From the NCBI GenBank assembly GCA_951406725.2, contig OX597833.1, forward strand, positions 65,224,001 through 65,288,000: a DNA stretch of 64,000 nt, written 5' to 3'. The position numbers were made by a program, and so were the translations under genes. The number at the start of each line of letters is the position of its first letter. Position 1 is the stretch's first letter. Source of the stretch: Octopus vulgaris. Taxonomy: Eukaryota. This document shows, in pieces, positions 30,649 to 43,345 of this stretch. The notes beneath the pieces are model-generated. The model did not search any database, was not told where the DNA came from, and saw nothing but the letters and a program-made list of their open reading frames with translations.

Positions 30649-31159
30649 GAAGGAAGAGACCACAGCATGCTAAGCACTGAGATCTCGAATGTAGTATCCG
30701 AAACCATTTGCTCGTAATTGTAATATAGGGAAACGAACTGGAAGGAAATCGAAGTCGACCAAACTGCCTCGGAAAATTCTTCTCCTCTGTTAGTTTATTT
30801 TGGTAAGCCAAATTGCTCAGAATAATAGAATATCCTATTCTTTTATTCTTTTACTTAATTCTCCTCTTGTACGAGTGAGGATATGAAAAGAGTGACCGCT
30901 CGAGGAGTTTTTCTGTCTACCATATCGATCCCAAGTATGTGTTCTAGTATGATGTAAATTAAATTGATTTCTACACATCGATTTGTTTAGTTAGATTCTA
31001 CCGCAAATCAGCTTTTTGATTTGAAACAATAAAACCAAACACACTCAGACAGAGAGAGAAGAACAGAGACATACACATAAACACATGCTCACGCACGCAC
31101 ACACGTATAAATTTATACATACATACATACATGCATTTATGTACTTATATATATATATA

Positions 31160-31221
<62 letters not shown>

Positions 31222-31552
31222 TGTGACAAAATAACTGGAAATTATAAATGGAACTACATAGGCTTACAGTCGTTTCTGCTCTAGGACTCTGTGCACTCGG
31301 AGAAGAGCACTCGTACATCACATTTTCGGAACGTCATATTTGAAACACCAATGTAGTTATAAGGTGTTGTAACAGCATTCTGAGTGCACTGCGGCTTAGA
31401 CCAGAAACAGGTGTAAAGAAATGAGATTTACTACAAAATGTCCCATTTCGTTTTTTAATGCCATACTCCGCTCGATAATCGTACATACGTTTACTGTCTT
31501 GTAACGGCGGTTTATTGATATCATTATATTTAAGCGAAATTTTATTTATATG

Positions 31553-31599
<47 letters not shown>

Positions 31600-31663
31600 A
31601 TATATATATATATATTTCTCTATCTATCTATCTGTCTGTCTATCTATCTATCTATCTACCCCT

Positions 31664-31788
31664 TGACTGACATACGTTCCGGCAGATTGAACATAAATGT
31701 GTTATTTCCTCTGCTGTGTTCGCCGTAGACCATGCTCCTTGCCACGAGACTTTGTCTCTCTCTCTCCTCCCCTCACTCTCACTTTTCA

Positions 31789-31871
<83 letters not shown>

Positions 31872-31977
31872 AATACACAATGACCGACATACGTTCCGAC
31901 AGTGAACATAAATATGCTTATCGCTATAGTGTTCGTCGTAGACCATGTTCTTTGCGGCGAGCCATTGTATCTCTCCT
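31664..31977. repeat. Two imperfect direct repeats of about 100 bp separated by (TA)n(GA)n
   Basis: TGAC.GACATACGTTCCG.CAG...TGAACATAAAT...GTGTTCG.CGTAGACCATG at about 31664 and 31881. Confidence 0.8.
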
Positions 31978-34063
31978 TGTCTCCCTCCCTTCTCTCTCTC
32001 TTTCTTGAAGCTCTACCTCTCGCTCTCTTGCTCTCTCTCTCTCTCGCTTGCTCTCTCTCTCGCTTGCTCTCTCCTTCTCCCTGCCTTTCAGCATCTGGGA
32101 ATCGCTTGTATATTTCCGTGTACAAAGTGTCGTGGTAGACTTATCACTTTGTCTTATCCTCCAGAACTGGAGTAGTGCTCAGGAATGAACTAGTAACTTC
32201 ACATGACAAGAATGAAATTCTACTTGAATAACTCGGAGATAAAAAAATTATTTTACAGCACGGAACAATTGTACTTGCATAATATTTTCATTTGGCTAAT
32301 CGCTTTATCTTTGTCCGCAATAAATCCTTCGTTAAATGGCCAACAAAATGATTTTGTTTTCAAACGCAAAACATTGCGAATTTAAAACTTACTGAATGTA
32401 CGTAATGCGATTTTTTATACCTTAATGCGTTCCGAGACATTCGATAGAAAGCATGGTAGTCGATGTTGTGTACGGCACCTGAGAACAATTTTTCAGTTCT
32501 ACCTTTTACGTCGAAAATGGGACCATTTATTATTGGTGCAAATGGATTCTAGGACACTCGTGTTTCGACATACTTTATCTCGTTAACCTATCAGTTGTTC
32601 TCTTGTGACTTGCTCAAAAGCGAGTGGCATATTTTCGTTTAAATTCTGCTGGATCGTATTAAGAATAAATATACAAATCAGCGTTAGTGATCACGCCGTT
32701 CACAGTGCAAATAACAAATGTACGTAATAAAATGCCGGTTATGGCTTCCCCCACTAAAAACAGAAAAGAATAACAAGACGCCATGCCACTCTAAAATCAA
32801 AACAATAATGCAACGATATTTTAAAGACCAAACAATATAAACAAAATTAATCAGTTGGAATCGAAAATAAGAAAAGCAAAATATCGTAATTCTTTAACAA
32901 CGTGTCTTATATTAATGTTACTTAAGCAAAAATTCACTGAAAGTTTAGAAAGAAGCGATATCGGTTGCACTACTCCCACTTCTGTGTGCTAACATTAAAA
33001 TGGTTTGGTATTTTTTGCCCGGCAACATGACTTTTATTATCTTAAAGTCATAGCGTTGTGCTTCTATAAAATGGTAAGATGTAAAAAAAAAAATTGTTTC
33101 TAAACGTAACACATAGAAAAGAAAATTAATGATAGATAGATATATGTGAGCGTACGTAATTGTGTGTGTCCGTGTGTCCGAGTGTGCGTTTGTGAATAAG
33201 TGTCTGAAAGATTTTTAGCAAGGGAATAGTTAAATATATTTTTATTACTTAAGACAGAAACCACTTCGAGAACAACATTAATGTAAAGCTTATATAACTA
33301 AAGATCTTTTGACATAATCTTACTGTTTTCTTTTTCGTTTTGTTTCCCTATTTATCTATTTGTTTTTACTTCCTTTTCTTTTTTGTTTTGTGGGGGGTGG
33401 GGTGGAAGTCAGAATGCGGGGATGGAGAAAGAAGTTAAGACAAAACTAAACAAATAGCGAATTGAGAGGTTTTGATATGCCAATTTATCAAAATCTGAAA
33501 CCACTAAAGCTAAATAATGGTACACACTAACACGCGCACTAATATGGTTGTATGTGACTGTGTGTGTGTGTGTGTGTGTGGCGGGGGTATCTATGTGTGC
33601 CTGCGTTTTTGTGTATGCATATACATATATGTATATATGTGTGTGTATAAATATATAAAGATACAAATTGGTACATGGGTGCATGAATGTATGTGTGACC
33701 TTGTACTTTGTATTTGTCAGCGGCTAGACTAATGTGTATACACCCGTGTGTGTGTAAGCGTTTGTGCCTGTGCGTGTGTGTGTGTATACCTGTGTAAGTA
33801 TATATATATATACACACACACATACACACACATATATATATATATACTTACATATATATATATATATGCATATATATATATATATGCATATACATGCATA
33901 TATATATATATGCATATACATGTACATATAAATAAAATATATACATATGTGTATTCATACAACAGACACATATATATAGATACATACAAACATACACATA
34001 TATATATATATATACTTACACAGGTGCACACGTATATATATGTATTTACATATATATACATAC

Positions 34064-34122
<59 letters not shown>

Positions 34123-34657
34123 TGTATGTATGTATGTATGTATGTATGTATACATGTCTATAGATATATATACATATGTATGTGTCTATGCATGTATTAT
34201 AGAGCTTATGTGTGGCACTCAGTGGATGTATCTATTTCCATATAAATGTTCTTGCGCTCGTCTTACAGTATTCGTAGATAAGTTTTCTGCAGGTTAGCTT
34301 CCCGCCCCCTGTCAACCTCTAAACTTTTATTTATAATTTATTGCAAACCTCAGAACTCCAAACCACCACAATATGCAGTCACTACTCGACGTCATATCTA
34401 ACATTAATCCCTCATCTCTATACATGCCTACAACACAAATGCTGGTCACTGCTACACAGTGTTAACGTTCTCTCCTTATGTTATATTGATTATTTATGCC
34501 TTCTCTTTTATAGAATACATGGTTATTTGATATCAGTGCTCGCCTTTAATTTATATTACGAAATTACAACGACTTGTGAAGCTCTTATGAAACGACTTGT
34601 GGAATCTTTATATAAATGTATTATATGAAATTTATACGTTTTTATGTATATGTAAAC

Positions 34658-34766
<109 letters not shown>

Positions 34767-34833
34767 ATATCTATATGTGTATATATATATATATAGATAT
34801 ATATATATATATATGATATATATATTTATATGC

Positions 34834-34901
<68 letters not shown>

Positions 34902-34930
34902 AAATAGGCTAAAATCTTCATAAGAATTTG

Positions 34931-34968
<38 letters not shown>

Positions 34969-34972
<4 letters not shown>

Positions 34973-35062
34973 ATTTTTTCACTTCCCGAGTGTTATACTA
35001 ATACATCTGTTTGTTGTCTACACCACCTGTGTTCCTCTTTTGTATCTTTTGCGAATTCTCCC
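34969..35062 (+). mobile_element. 5'-truncated PLE terminal repeat beginning at the predicted hammerhead cleavage site
   Basis: Homologous to 36775-36865; embedded in (TA)n. Confidence 0.75.
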
Positions 35063-35105
<43 letters not shown>

Positions 35106-35565
35106 ATGTATTGAATGAAGAATAAACATTATACGTTGTAAGAATAAGTTGTATATATATCTATCTAAGAAGATATAAAACATCAGTGTACACTTAAAGG
35201 CAGAATGACATTCGCTGCTGTATATGACGCGCCAGAAATGTAGACTTTATGGACAGTATGTATGAAACGTCACCAAAATTTACTATCCATGTCATAATCG
35301 GATCGTTGCTGTCCTTCGTCAGATTTTAATACCGAACGCATCGTTCACAGCACCACCGATCCTATATGCACGAGTCTACCGAGCGTTTTAAATATATTCT
35401 TGTATCCTTTTACTTGTTTCAGTCATTTTTACTTCTTGTTTCCGTTATTTCAGGCATTTGTTGTCTACGTTTTATGATGTCCTGTGCCCACATTTGCATA
35501 TGTATATGCGTATATATGTAAGTATGTAAATATGCGTATGTATATACGCATATATATATATATAT

Positions 35566-35721
35566 GGAGTGGCTGTGTGGTAAGTAGCCTGCTAACCAAC
35601 CACATGGTTCCGGGTTCAGTCCCACTGCGTGGCATCTTGGGCAAGTGTCTCCTGCTATAGCCCCGGACCGACCAATGCCTTGTGAGTGGATTTGGTAGAC
35701 GGAAACTGAAAGAAGCCTGTC

Positions 35722-35762
<41 letters not shown>

Positions 35763-35992
35763 TGTGTGTGTTTGTGGTGTGTCTATGTTTGTCACCTTAG
35801 CATTGCTTGACAACAGATGCTGGTGTTTATGTCCCCGTTACTTAGCGGTTTAGGCAAAAGAGACCGATAGAATAAGTACTGGGCTTACAAAAGAATAAGT
35901 CACGGGGTCGAGTTGCTCGATTAAAAGTGGTGCTCCAGCATGGCCGCAGTCAAATAACTGAAACAAGTAAAAGAGTAAAAGAGAGTAAAAGA
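35566..35992 (+). mobile_element. SINE group B, full length, with internal (TA)n(TG)n
   Basis: tRNA-like head GGAGTGGCTGTGTGGTAAG...GGGTTCAGTCCC, CTTGGGCAAGTG domain, tail GGTGCTCCAGCATGGCCGCAGTCAAAT.ACTGAAACAAGTAAAAGAG. Confidence 0.9.
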
Positions 35993-36469
35993 ATATATAT
36001 ATATATATATATATTATTTATATTATAAATCTTACTTGGAAACGGATGCGTGTTGTTCAATCCTGTAATGATACAAATAATACATATGTGCATATATACA
36101 TATATATATGTGTAAATATTTACATATACATATATATATACAGATGCATAAATGGGCACAGAACGCCACAGAACGTACGCCACATGAAATACAAAATACG
36201 AACGATTTTTTGCACACAACGTAAGAAAAAAATGGAAAACAGGACAAGCAACTTAAAGAACGACCCTTCATCAATCAGTTTTCGGCTGTTTTTCTACTCC
36301 GTATTTCGAGCAATTTACGACAACATATGCCTTCGACAAAACACTTGCTCCCGTAAAGCAAATTCAATAAAATTTCGGACCATATATATATATATATTTG
36401 TGTGTGTGTACATATATAGATACATATATATATAGGTAAGAAAGTTGGTTTGTGAAAGCACGTGTTTGG

Positions 36470-36678
36470 ATATATAGAAAATAGAAAAGAGTGAAAAAAC
36501 TACAGAAGGCTTGTTTTATGTGGTTAAAGAATATATTTAAGTCGTTATGTTAGAAATATGTTAGAAACTGTTACTATATGCAAAATTTTATAACTTTTTT
36601 CTAACATAACGACTTAAATATATTCTTTAACCTTATAACCTTATGTAGTTTTTTCACTCTTTTCCATTTTCTATATAT
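36470..36678. repeat. Inverted repeat of about 80 bp (fold-back) between (TA)n tracts
   Basis: Arms about 36470-36556 and 36598-36678. Confidence 0.8.
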
Positions 36679-36682
36679 ATAT

Positions 36683-36863
36683 CATGATAGATCGGTAGCC
36701 ACTGCACACATTTTTTCTCTCTCCTTGTTTCTTTCTGTGTTCCTTTCTGTAGAAGAGCGTAGGCTCGAAACGTAAAAGACTTTCTATTCCTGAGCGTTAT
36801 ACTAATACATCTGTTTGTTTTCTACACCACCTGTTGTTCGTCTTTTGTTTTTGTGTGAACTCT

Positions 36864-36865
<2 letters not shown>
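36683..36865 (+). mobile_element. PLE terminal repeat with hammerhead-like motif
   Basis: CTTT-CTGTAGA-A-GAGC-GTAG-GCTC-GAAA-CG-TA-AAAG at 36743-36778; homologous to the terminus of the GIY-YIG-bearing copy at 38908-39952. Confidence 0.8.
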
Positions 36866-36932
<67 letters not shown>

Positions 36933-37085
36933 TATATATAAACGTTCCTACGTATTTGTCTACTCTACAATCGTGATCGTATATTAATGGAATACAGCTT
37001 CTTCGATTCCATAAATGAATGGGATCGTCCGGAAACACAGTCGTTATTACAAATCTGATTGAAATCATAAAAACATAAATATACC

Positions 37086-37145
<60 letters not shown>

Positions 37146-37739
37146 TCTCTGTGTATGTTTGTATGTGTATGGGTGTGTGTATTTGTGATCGTGTACTTGT
37201 GTGTGTGTGCGTTATAATCAAATTTTACAATCTGTGTTACGTAATATTTTTGTTCTGGAAAGAAATTACATTGCAAGACACTCTGTGAAAGAACTGTTTC
37301 CATGGATATTAATTTCGGTGTAAGCCAACTGGAGGTTGATAGTGTTGCAGTCATTACCCGCATTAATTCAGATTTAATTAAAGAAGTAATCCCATCAGTT
37401 TTGTTTCTCAGCAGTTAATTAGTTTTTAATTACAAAGTGTTTTGCTGTTTTACGGTCGAGAATCATACAAGCACTACCGCTACATCGACAACAACAACAG
37501 CAACAGTAACAGATCAAACGATGAAACGAAATGGTAGAACTTTTTTTAAAATGTATTTATATACACCATATTTATATGGTGCTTTCATATTTTCGCACGA
37601 GGACAACAACCATGTGGGAAAGAGGTAGTCGGTTCCATCTTCCACTTTGGTCAAATGGTAATTGATTTATGAGCCCAAAGGGAATGCAAGGCAAATATAT
37701 ATATATAAATGCATACATACACACAAACATACACACACA

Positions 37740-37779
<40 letters not shown>

Positions 37780-37992
37780 TATATTTATATATATGTAGGA
37801 CGAGCTTCTTTCTGTTTCCGTCTACGAAGTCCACTGAGGAAGCTTTAGTCGGCCCAAGGGTATATATTGAATGTATATGTGTGTGTGTGTGCGTATTACA
37901 TATATTTACTATATAGCGATATATATACATATATATTATATATAATTTTATATTATATATCTATACATTGATGTATCTACCCATTTATCTGT

Positions 37993-38043
<51 letters not shown>

Positions 38044-38050
<7 letters not shown>

Positions 38051-38155
38051 ATTGGTGAATTGAAGAAATGGAGCTGAACGCAGGATTTTTGCTACTAAGG
38101 TATCGGTTAACTTTTGATTAATCTACAAGATTATTCATCTTTCTATTTCACATAA
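38044..38155 (+). mobile_element. Short remnant related to the 59113-59507 element
   Basis: Shares AATGGAG.TGAACG and TTTGCTAC..AGGTATCGGTTAAC; lies in (TA)n. Confidence 0.55.
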
Positions 38156-38156
38156 T

Positions 38157-38188
<32 letters not shown>

Positions 38189-38199
38189 TATATAGTGAG

Positions 38200-38437
<238 letters not shown>

Positions 38438-38750
38438 GCAGAGGCGTAGCTTTGTGCTAAGAAGTTTCTTTCTCAACAGCTAGCCGTTATTGTACGGATT
38501 TCCTCAGCCTCTGATATTTTCTTGTTTTCAAATCCAGAAAAGTAATTATTTTTAACAAAATACTAAAGCTCCTTTGACCTTTGCGAAGTATTTGCGTTAA
38601 ATATGTTACCCAGGTGACTTGTTTTATTTAAAACTGCGTTTGTCCCACATGTATTATGTATATGTTTTTGTGCGTTTGCATGTGTGTGAGTGTTTGTATT
38701 TATATATATGTGCGCGTGTGCGTATATATATATATATATACGTACGTAAA

Positions 38751-38795
<45 letters not shown>

Positions 38796-38855
38796 GTACA
38801 TATTTGTGTATAACTATTAATATATATATGTGTATATATATAAATATGTATATCC

Positions 38856-38906
<51 letters not shown>

Positions 38907-38907
38907 C

Positions 38908-39952
38908 AACGGGAAGCTTTACGATAATAAACAAAAGACGAAGGCAGGTGGAGTACAACAAACAATTTTATTAGTATGGCGCTCAGGAATAGAAATAAAA
39001 CAAGTCTTTTACGTTACGAGCCTACGCTCTTCAACAGAAAGATACACAGAAAAGAAACACGGAGAGAAACAGGGAAAAAAAATGCGTGCAGGAGCTAACG
39101 ATTCAACATGGCGGTTTGATTTCGGCCAGAAGTCAGAGATCAGACGTTAGACGCAAGAGGGATAGTAGGGGAGATAAGAGGGTAAAATGACCTCGCCCCA
39201 ACATAAGGGTGCGTGTGTGTATGAGAGGGTATGTATGTGCATATGAAAGGTCTGGACTTGTGTATGTATGTATGATGTGATGTGTAATGTCGTATGGTGT
39301 AGTGTAGTGTTGTATGGTGTAGTGTAGTGTAGTGTGGTGTGATGTTGTGGAGAGGTGGGGAGGTGGGGAAAGCCCATGTGGGGTGTGGGTTCGGCTGGGG
39401 GTTGGGGTAGAGTGGGGGTTGTGGGGAGAGATGAAAGGGGAGAGAAGTGAGAGGAGTGGAGGAGGGAAGAGAGATGAGGGGGAGAGGGGAGGGGAGATAA
39501 GATTAGATGAGGGTGTGAGGGGGGAAGAAGGAAGGAGAGGAGAGGGAAGGGGGAGAGGAGACGAGGAGGGGGATGGGAGAGGAGGGGGAGAGAAGGGGAG
39601 TGAGGGAGCAGAGAGAAAGAGAGGAGGGGAAGAGGGAAGAAGAAAGAGGAAAGAAGAGGAGGGAAAGAGAGTAGGGGTGAAAAGATGAAGGACTGAAGAG
39701 AAGTAGGAGTCGGGGGGAGGTTAGATGAGAAGGGGGAGAGTTGAGACTAAATGGCGTAAAAGAGAGAAGAGAGAAGATTAATCCCTGTTCACGGCGCAAA
39801 CAGGAATCCGGGTGGCCTCTGTGCAAGGACAATCCGAACACAGACAGGTGTTGCAAGGAGTGACCGGTGGAGCGGAAATGGCGTGAGACCGGTGTGTCGT
39901 TGGCAAGGCGGATGTCACGGAGGTGTTCCGCGAACCGGTCCCGTTTGTCCAT
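38908..39952 (-). mobile_element. 5'-truncated Penelope-like element: GIY-YIG endonuclease C-terminus, pyrimidine-rich 3' region and terminal repeat
   Basis: RDRFAEHLRDIRLANDTPVSRHFRSTGHSLQHLSVFGL...RREQGLIFSLLSFTPFSLN matches the PLE GIY-YIG end (R..EH...PV..HF...H...RE..LI..L.TL.P.GLN); hammerhead motif at 39005-39042 with GAAA mutated to GTAA. Confidence 0.85.
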
Positions 39953-40011
39953 ATACACATGTGTGTGTGTGTGTACCTGAGGATGTTTCTATTTGTGTGT
40001 ATATACATACA

Positions 40012-40062
<51 letters not shown>

Positions 40063-40225
40063 GTTATCGCCATACTAATATGGCATTCTTATAAAAATAA
40101 GAAAAAAGCTGTCCGCTTATTAGCTCCATGAGGCCATCGCCTTAAGTTAGCTATTTGATACACAAACTGTATCCATATAACCTTCGAACAAGGGAGGTCA
40201 GTCGCTCCACACTACTTGACCGGCA

Positions 40226-40267
40226 GCTACAGACGCGTTTCGGGGTATTGCCCCTTTTCAATGCAGC
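40226..40267 (-). ncRNA. Type I hammerhead ribozyme, U3-A8 core variant
   Basis: GCTGCA-TTGAAAA-GGGG-CAATA-CCCC-GAAA-CGCG-TC-TGTAGC: 6-bp stem I, 4-bp stem II, palindromic stem III, GUC cleavage triplet. Confidence 0.8.
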
Positions 40268-40313
40268 GTAGCCAGCCAGTAGGTGTCGCTTCCGACAATC
40301 TCTGTTCGATGGT

Positions 40314-40364
40314 TTTATTTACCTAGTTTCGGTGGAATACATCCACTTGTTTTCAATAATAGAA
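40314..40364 (-). ncRNA. Second hammerhead-like motif, U3-A8 variant
   Basis: TTCTATTA-TTGAAAA-CAA-GTGGA-TGTAT-TCCAC-C-GAAA-CTAGG-TA-AATAAAA; stem I imperfect. Confidence 0.55.
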
Positions 40365-40507
40365 ATATTAAAATGGAGCTAATAAGCGGACAGCTTTTTT
40401 CTTATTTTTATAAGAATGCCATATTAGTATGGCGATAACTATTATTTTCCGGGAACGCTGCCGCTGTTCTCTTTTAGAGAGACTTAGTAATTTTAATATT
40501 TCTATTA

Positions 40508-40551
<44 letters not shown>

Positions 40552-41180
40552 AATACGTGTGTGTGTTTGTGTGTAATGTTTGTATGTATGTTCGTGTCTA
40601 TGTACGTATGTACGTTCGTGTGTATGTTTGCATGTGTGTGTTTGTGTATGTGCGTGCTTGTATGAGTGTGCGTGCGCGTGCCTTTATATGTGCGTGTGGA
40701 TGTCTGTATTGTGCATATATGTGGAAATAGTAGACAAACATTTTATCCAACGGCCAAAACAGACAGGATGGACAGGAATGGAGCGCTTTTGATGGAAGAT
40801 CTCTTTCTGGCCGCTTAGAGCTGGCATTGCAGTAATCGTGAGCAAGAACTACAACATTGAGAAAAACAACAGCAGCAACAACTACAATGAAAACAACATG
40901 GCGGCCAACACTAATGACGCTGGTAGATAACGGTAATGTTCGATACTTAAAATTTACCTAAATGCTCAGAAACATGAAATAAATGCGGTTAATCTTTTCT
41001 AAGCCATTCTAATACCCCATTCCTCTTAAGACGGCCATTAGAATGAAATTCTTTGTGCGAGGATTACATTTCAAGAATTCTGTAAGTATAAATGGCGACT
41101 TATAATGAATTATACACCATGATGAGTTTTCATTCATGAATCGGATTACATATACATACATCTATTTATCTGTATATATT

Positions 41181-41217
<37 letters not shown>

Positions 41218-41766
41218 GAATATATATATGTATGTATATGCATGTATATATATATACATGCATACAGGCATATATGTACATATGTATACTCATGTGTATA
41301 TATATATATATATCATAATATTTATATACATACATGCATATAGGTACATATGTATATACATTATACACACACACATATATATTATTATATATATATATAT
41401 ATTATATATATATATATTATATATATATATATATATAATATATATATATATATAATATATATATATATAACATATATATATATCTATGTTTGCTTATTGC
41501 TGGATTTAAATGGTTTACGTTCATGTCGAAGTTTTGTCACACCAAATGCTTTAATACAAATACACTGGGGTGACGTACTTTCGTTTTCTGTTTTATGTAC
41601 ACCAGTGCTTTGGTTGCCAGACAACATTAATATCACTAACAACGACAACCTCTATCATATATCTGCTAGCACCAATAACAACAACAACAACAAAAACAAC
41701 ATTAGCAACGATATTACCATCACCACCGCAAATACTAACATTAGTAGCCATATTACCAATACCGTA

Positions 41767-42520
41767 AGGCGACGACCTGGCAGAATCATTAGCACGCTGG
41801 GGAAAATGCGCAGAGGCATTTTGTCTGTCTTCAGGTTCTGAGTTCAAATTCTACCGTGGTCGACTTTATATTTTATGATTTCGGGGTCAATAAAGTGTGT
41901 ATCAGCTGAATACTGGGGACGATGTAATTGATTATTCCCTACCCCTAATAGATCAGACCTTGTGCCTTAAGTAGGAAGGATTATTACTAATATTCTTATT
42001 ACTAAGGGAACGTGCTGGCAGAATCGTTAGCCCACCGGGAAAAATACTTTGCGGCATCTCATGGTCTTATATACCGGGTTCGAATCTCACCGGGGTCAAC
42101 TTAGCTTTTCATTCTTTCGGTGTCGATAAAATAAGTACCAGTCGAGAATTGGGAGACAATCAATGTAATGAACTTACCTCCCCAGAGCACCACCGAACTT
42201 GCTGGTTTTGTGCTATAATTTGCAATCAGTATTGTTAACAAAAAGGCTGACAACACTACTGCGACCATCGCCAATGACCACAACATTAACCTCACTACCA
42301 CAGTCGCAACCATTAAATACAACAGCAACACTACCACCACGACCTCCACCAGTAACCACAACTAACAACAACGAAAACAACATCAACAAGAGCAATATTC
42401 TTTTCTTTGGGGAAGGGGGACAATCGATAAGATCGACCCCAGTACGCGACTGGTATTCAATCTATGATGAAAGGCAAAGTTGACCTCTGCGGAATTTGAA
42501 CTCAGAACGCAAAGACAGAA
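41767..42520. mobile_element. Cluster of three group A SINEs (+ 41767-41982, + 42005-42225, - 42410-42520)
   Basis: Homology to 29425-29655. Confidence 0.8.
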
Positions 42521-42689
42521 GACAATTAGAGCAGTATTGAATACCACCATCAACGAAAACATACCGAAAGTGAGAAGGAAAATTTGGTATAGACTGGGTT
42601 TATAAACTCAGGGCTAGAAGTGGTGGAAAAAATAACACGAAGAATTATATCCAAAGCTCTAACGACTCTGTTAATTCACGTAAGCAGTA

Positions 42690-42897
42690 TATTTTACTTG
42701 TGTCTCCCTTTTCTCCGTTTTGACAGCGGCCTTGCTCGGGCACCACCTTGAGGGGGTTCAATCGACCAAATCGACCCTAGGATATTTTCTATCTAAGCCC
42801 AGTACTTATTCTTTCGTTCTCTTCTGCCGAATTGCTAGGCTACGAAGACGTAAACACACCAACACCGGTTGTCAAGACGTTGTTGGGGACAGCCACA

Positions 42898-42954
<57 letters not shown>

Positions 42955-43054
42955 ATACCTACACACAGACAAACATATACATATATGGATGGCCGGATAA
43001 CTGTAGAGATGTTCTGAATCTCGGAGTTTCATCTTGGCTGCCATATTACATTTA

Positions 43055-43110
<56 letters not shown>

Positions 43111-43131
43111 ATTGTCACATATTACATTTAC

Positions 43132-43187
<56 letters not shown>

Positions 43188-43345
43188 AAGGCTTCTTTCA
43201 GTGTCCGTCTACTAAATGCACACACAAGACTTTGGTCGGCCCGATGTTATAACAGAAAACACTTCCCCAAGATGTTATGCAGTGGTATTGAACCCGGAAC
43301 CATATGGTTGGGAAGCAAACTTCTTACAACGCAGCAACACCTGCA
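42690..43345 (-). mobile_element. SINE group B split by an expanded internal microsatellite and a PLE fragment
   Basis: 3' half about 42690-42900, 5' half about 43188-43345; insert 42985-43137 resembles the 23249-23480 family. Confidence 0.75.

Larger units (their letters stand above)
40057..40508 (-). mobile_element. Non-coding double-hammerhead element (retrozyme- or PLE-like) with nested perfect inverted repeats
   Basis: 73/73 inverted repeat 40057-40129 vs 40373-40445; 19/19 inverted repeat 40356-40374 vs 40490-40508; two hammerhead motifs; (TA)n on both sides. Confidence 0.75.
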
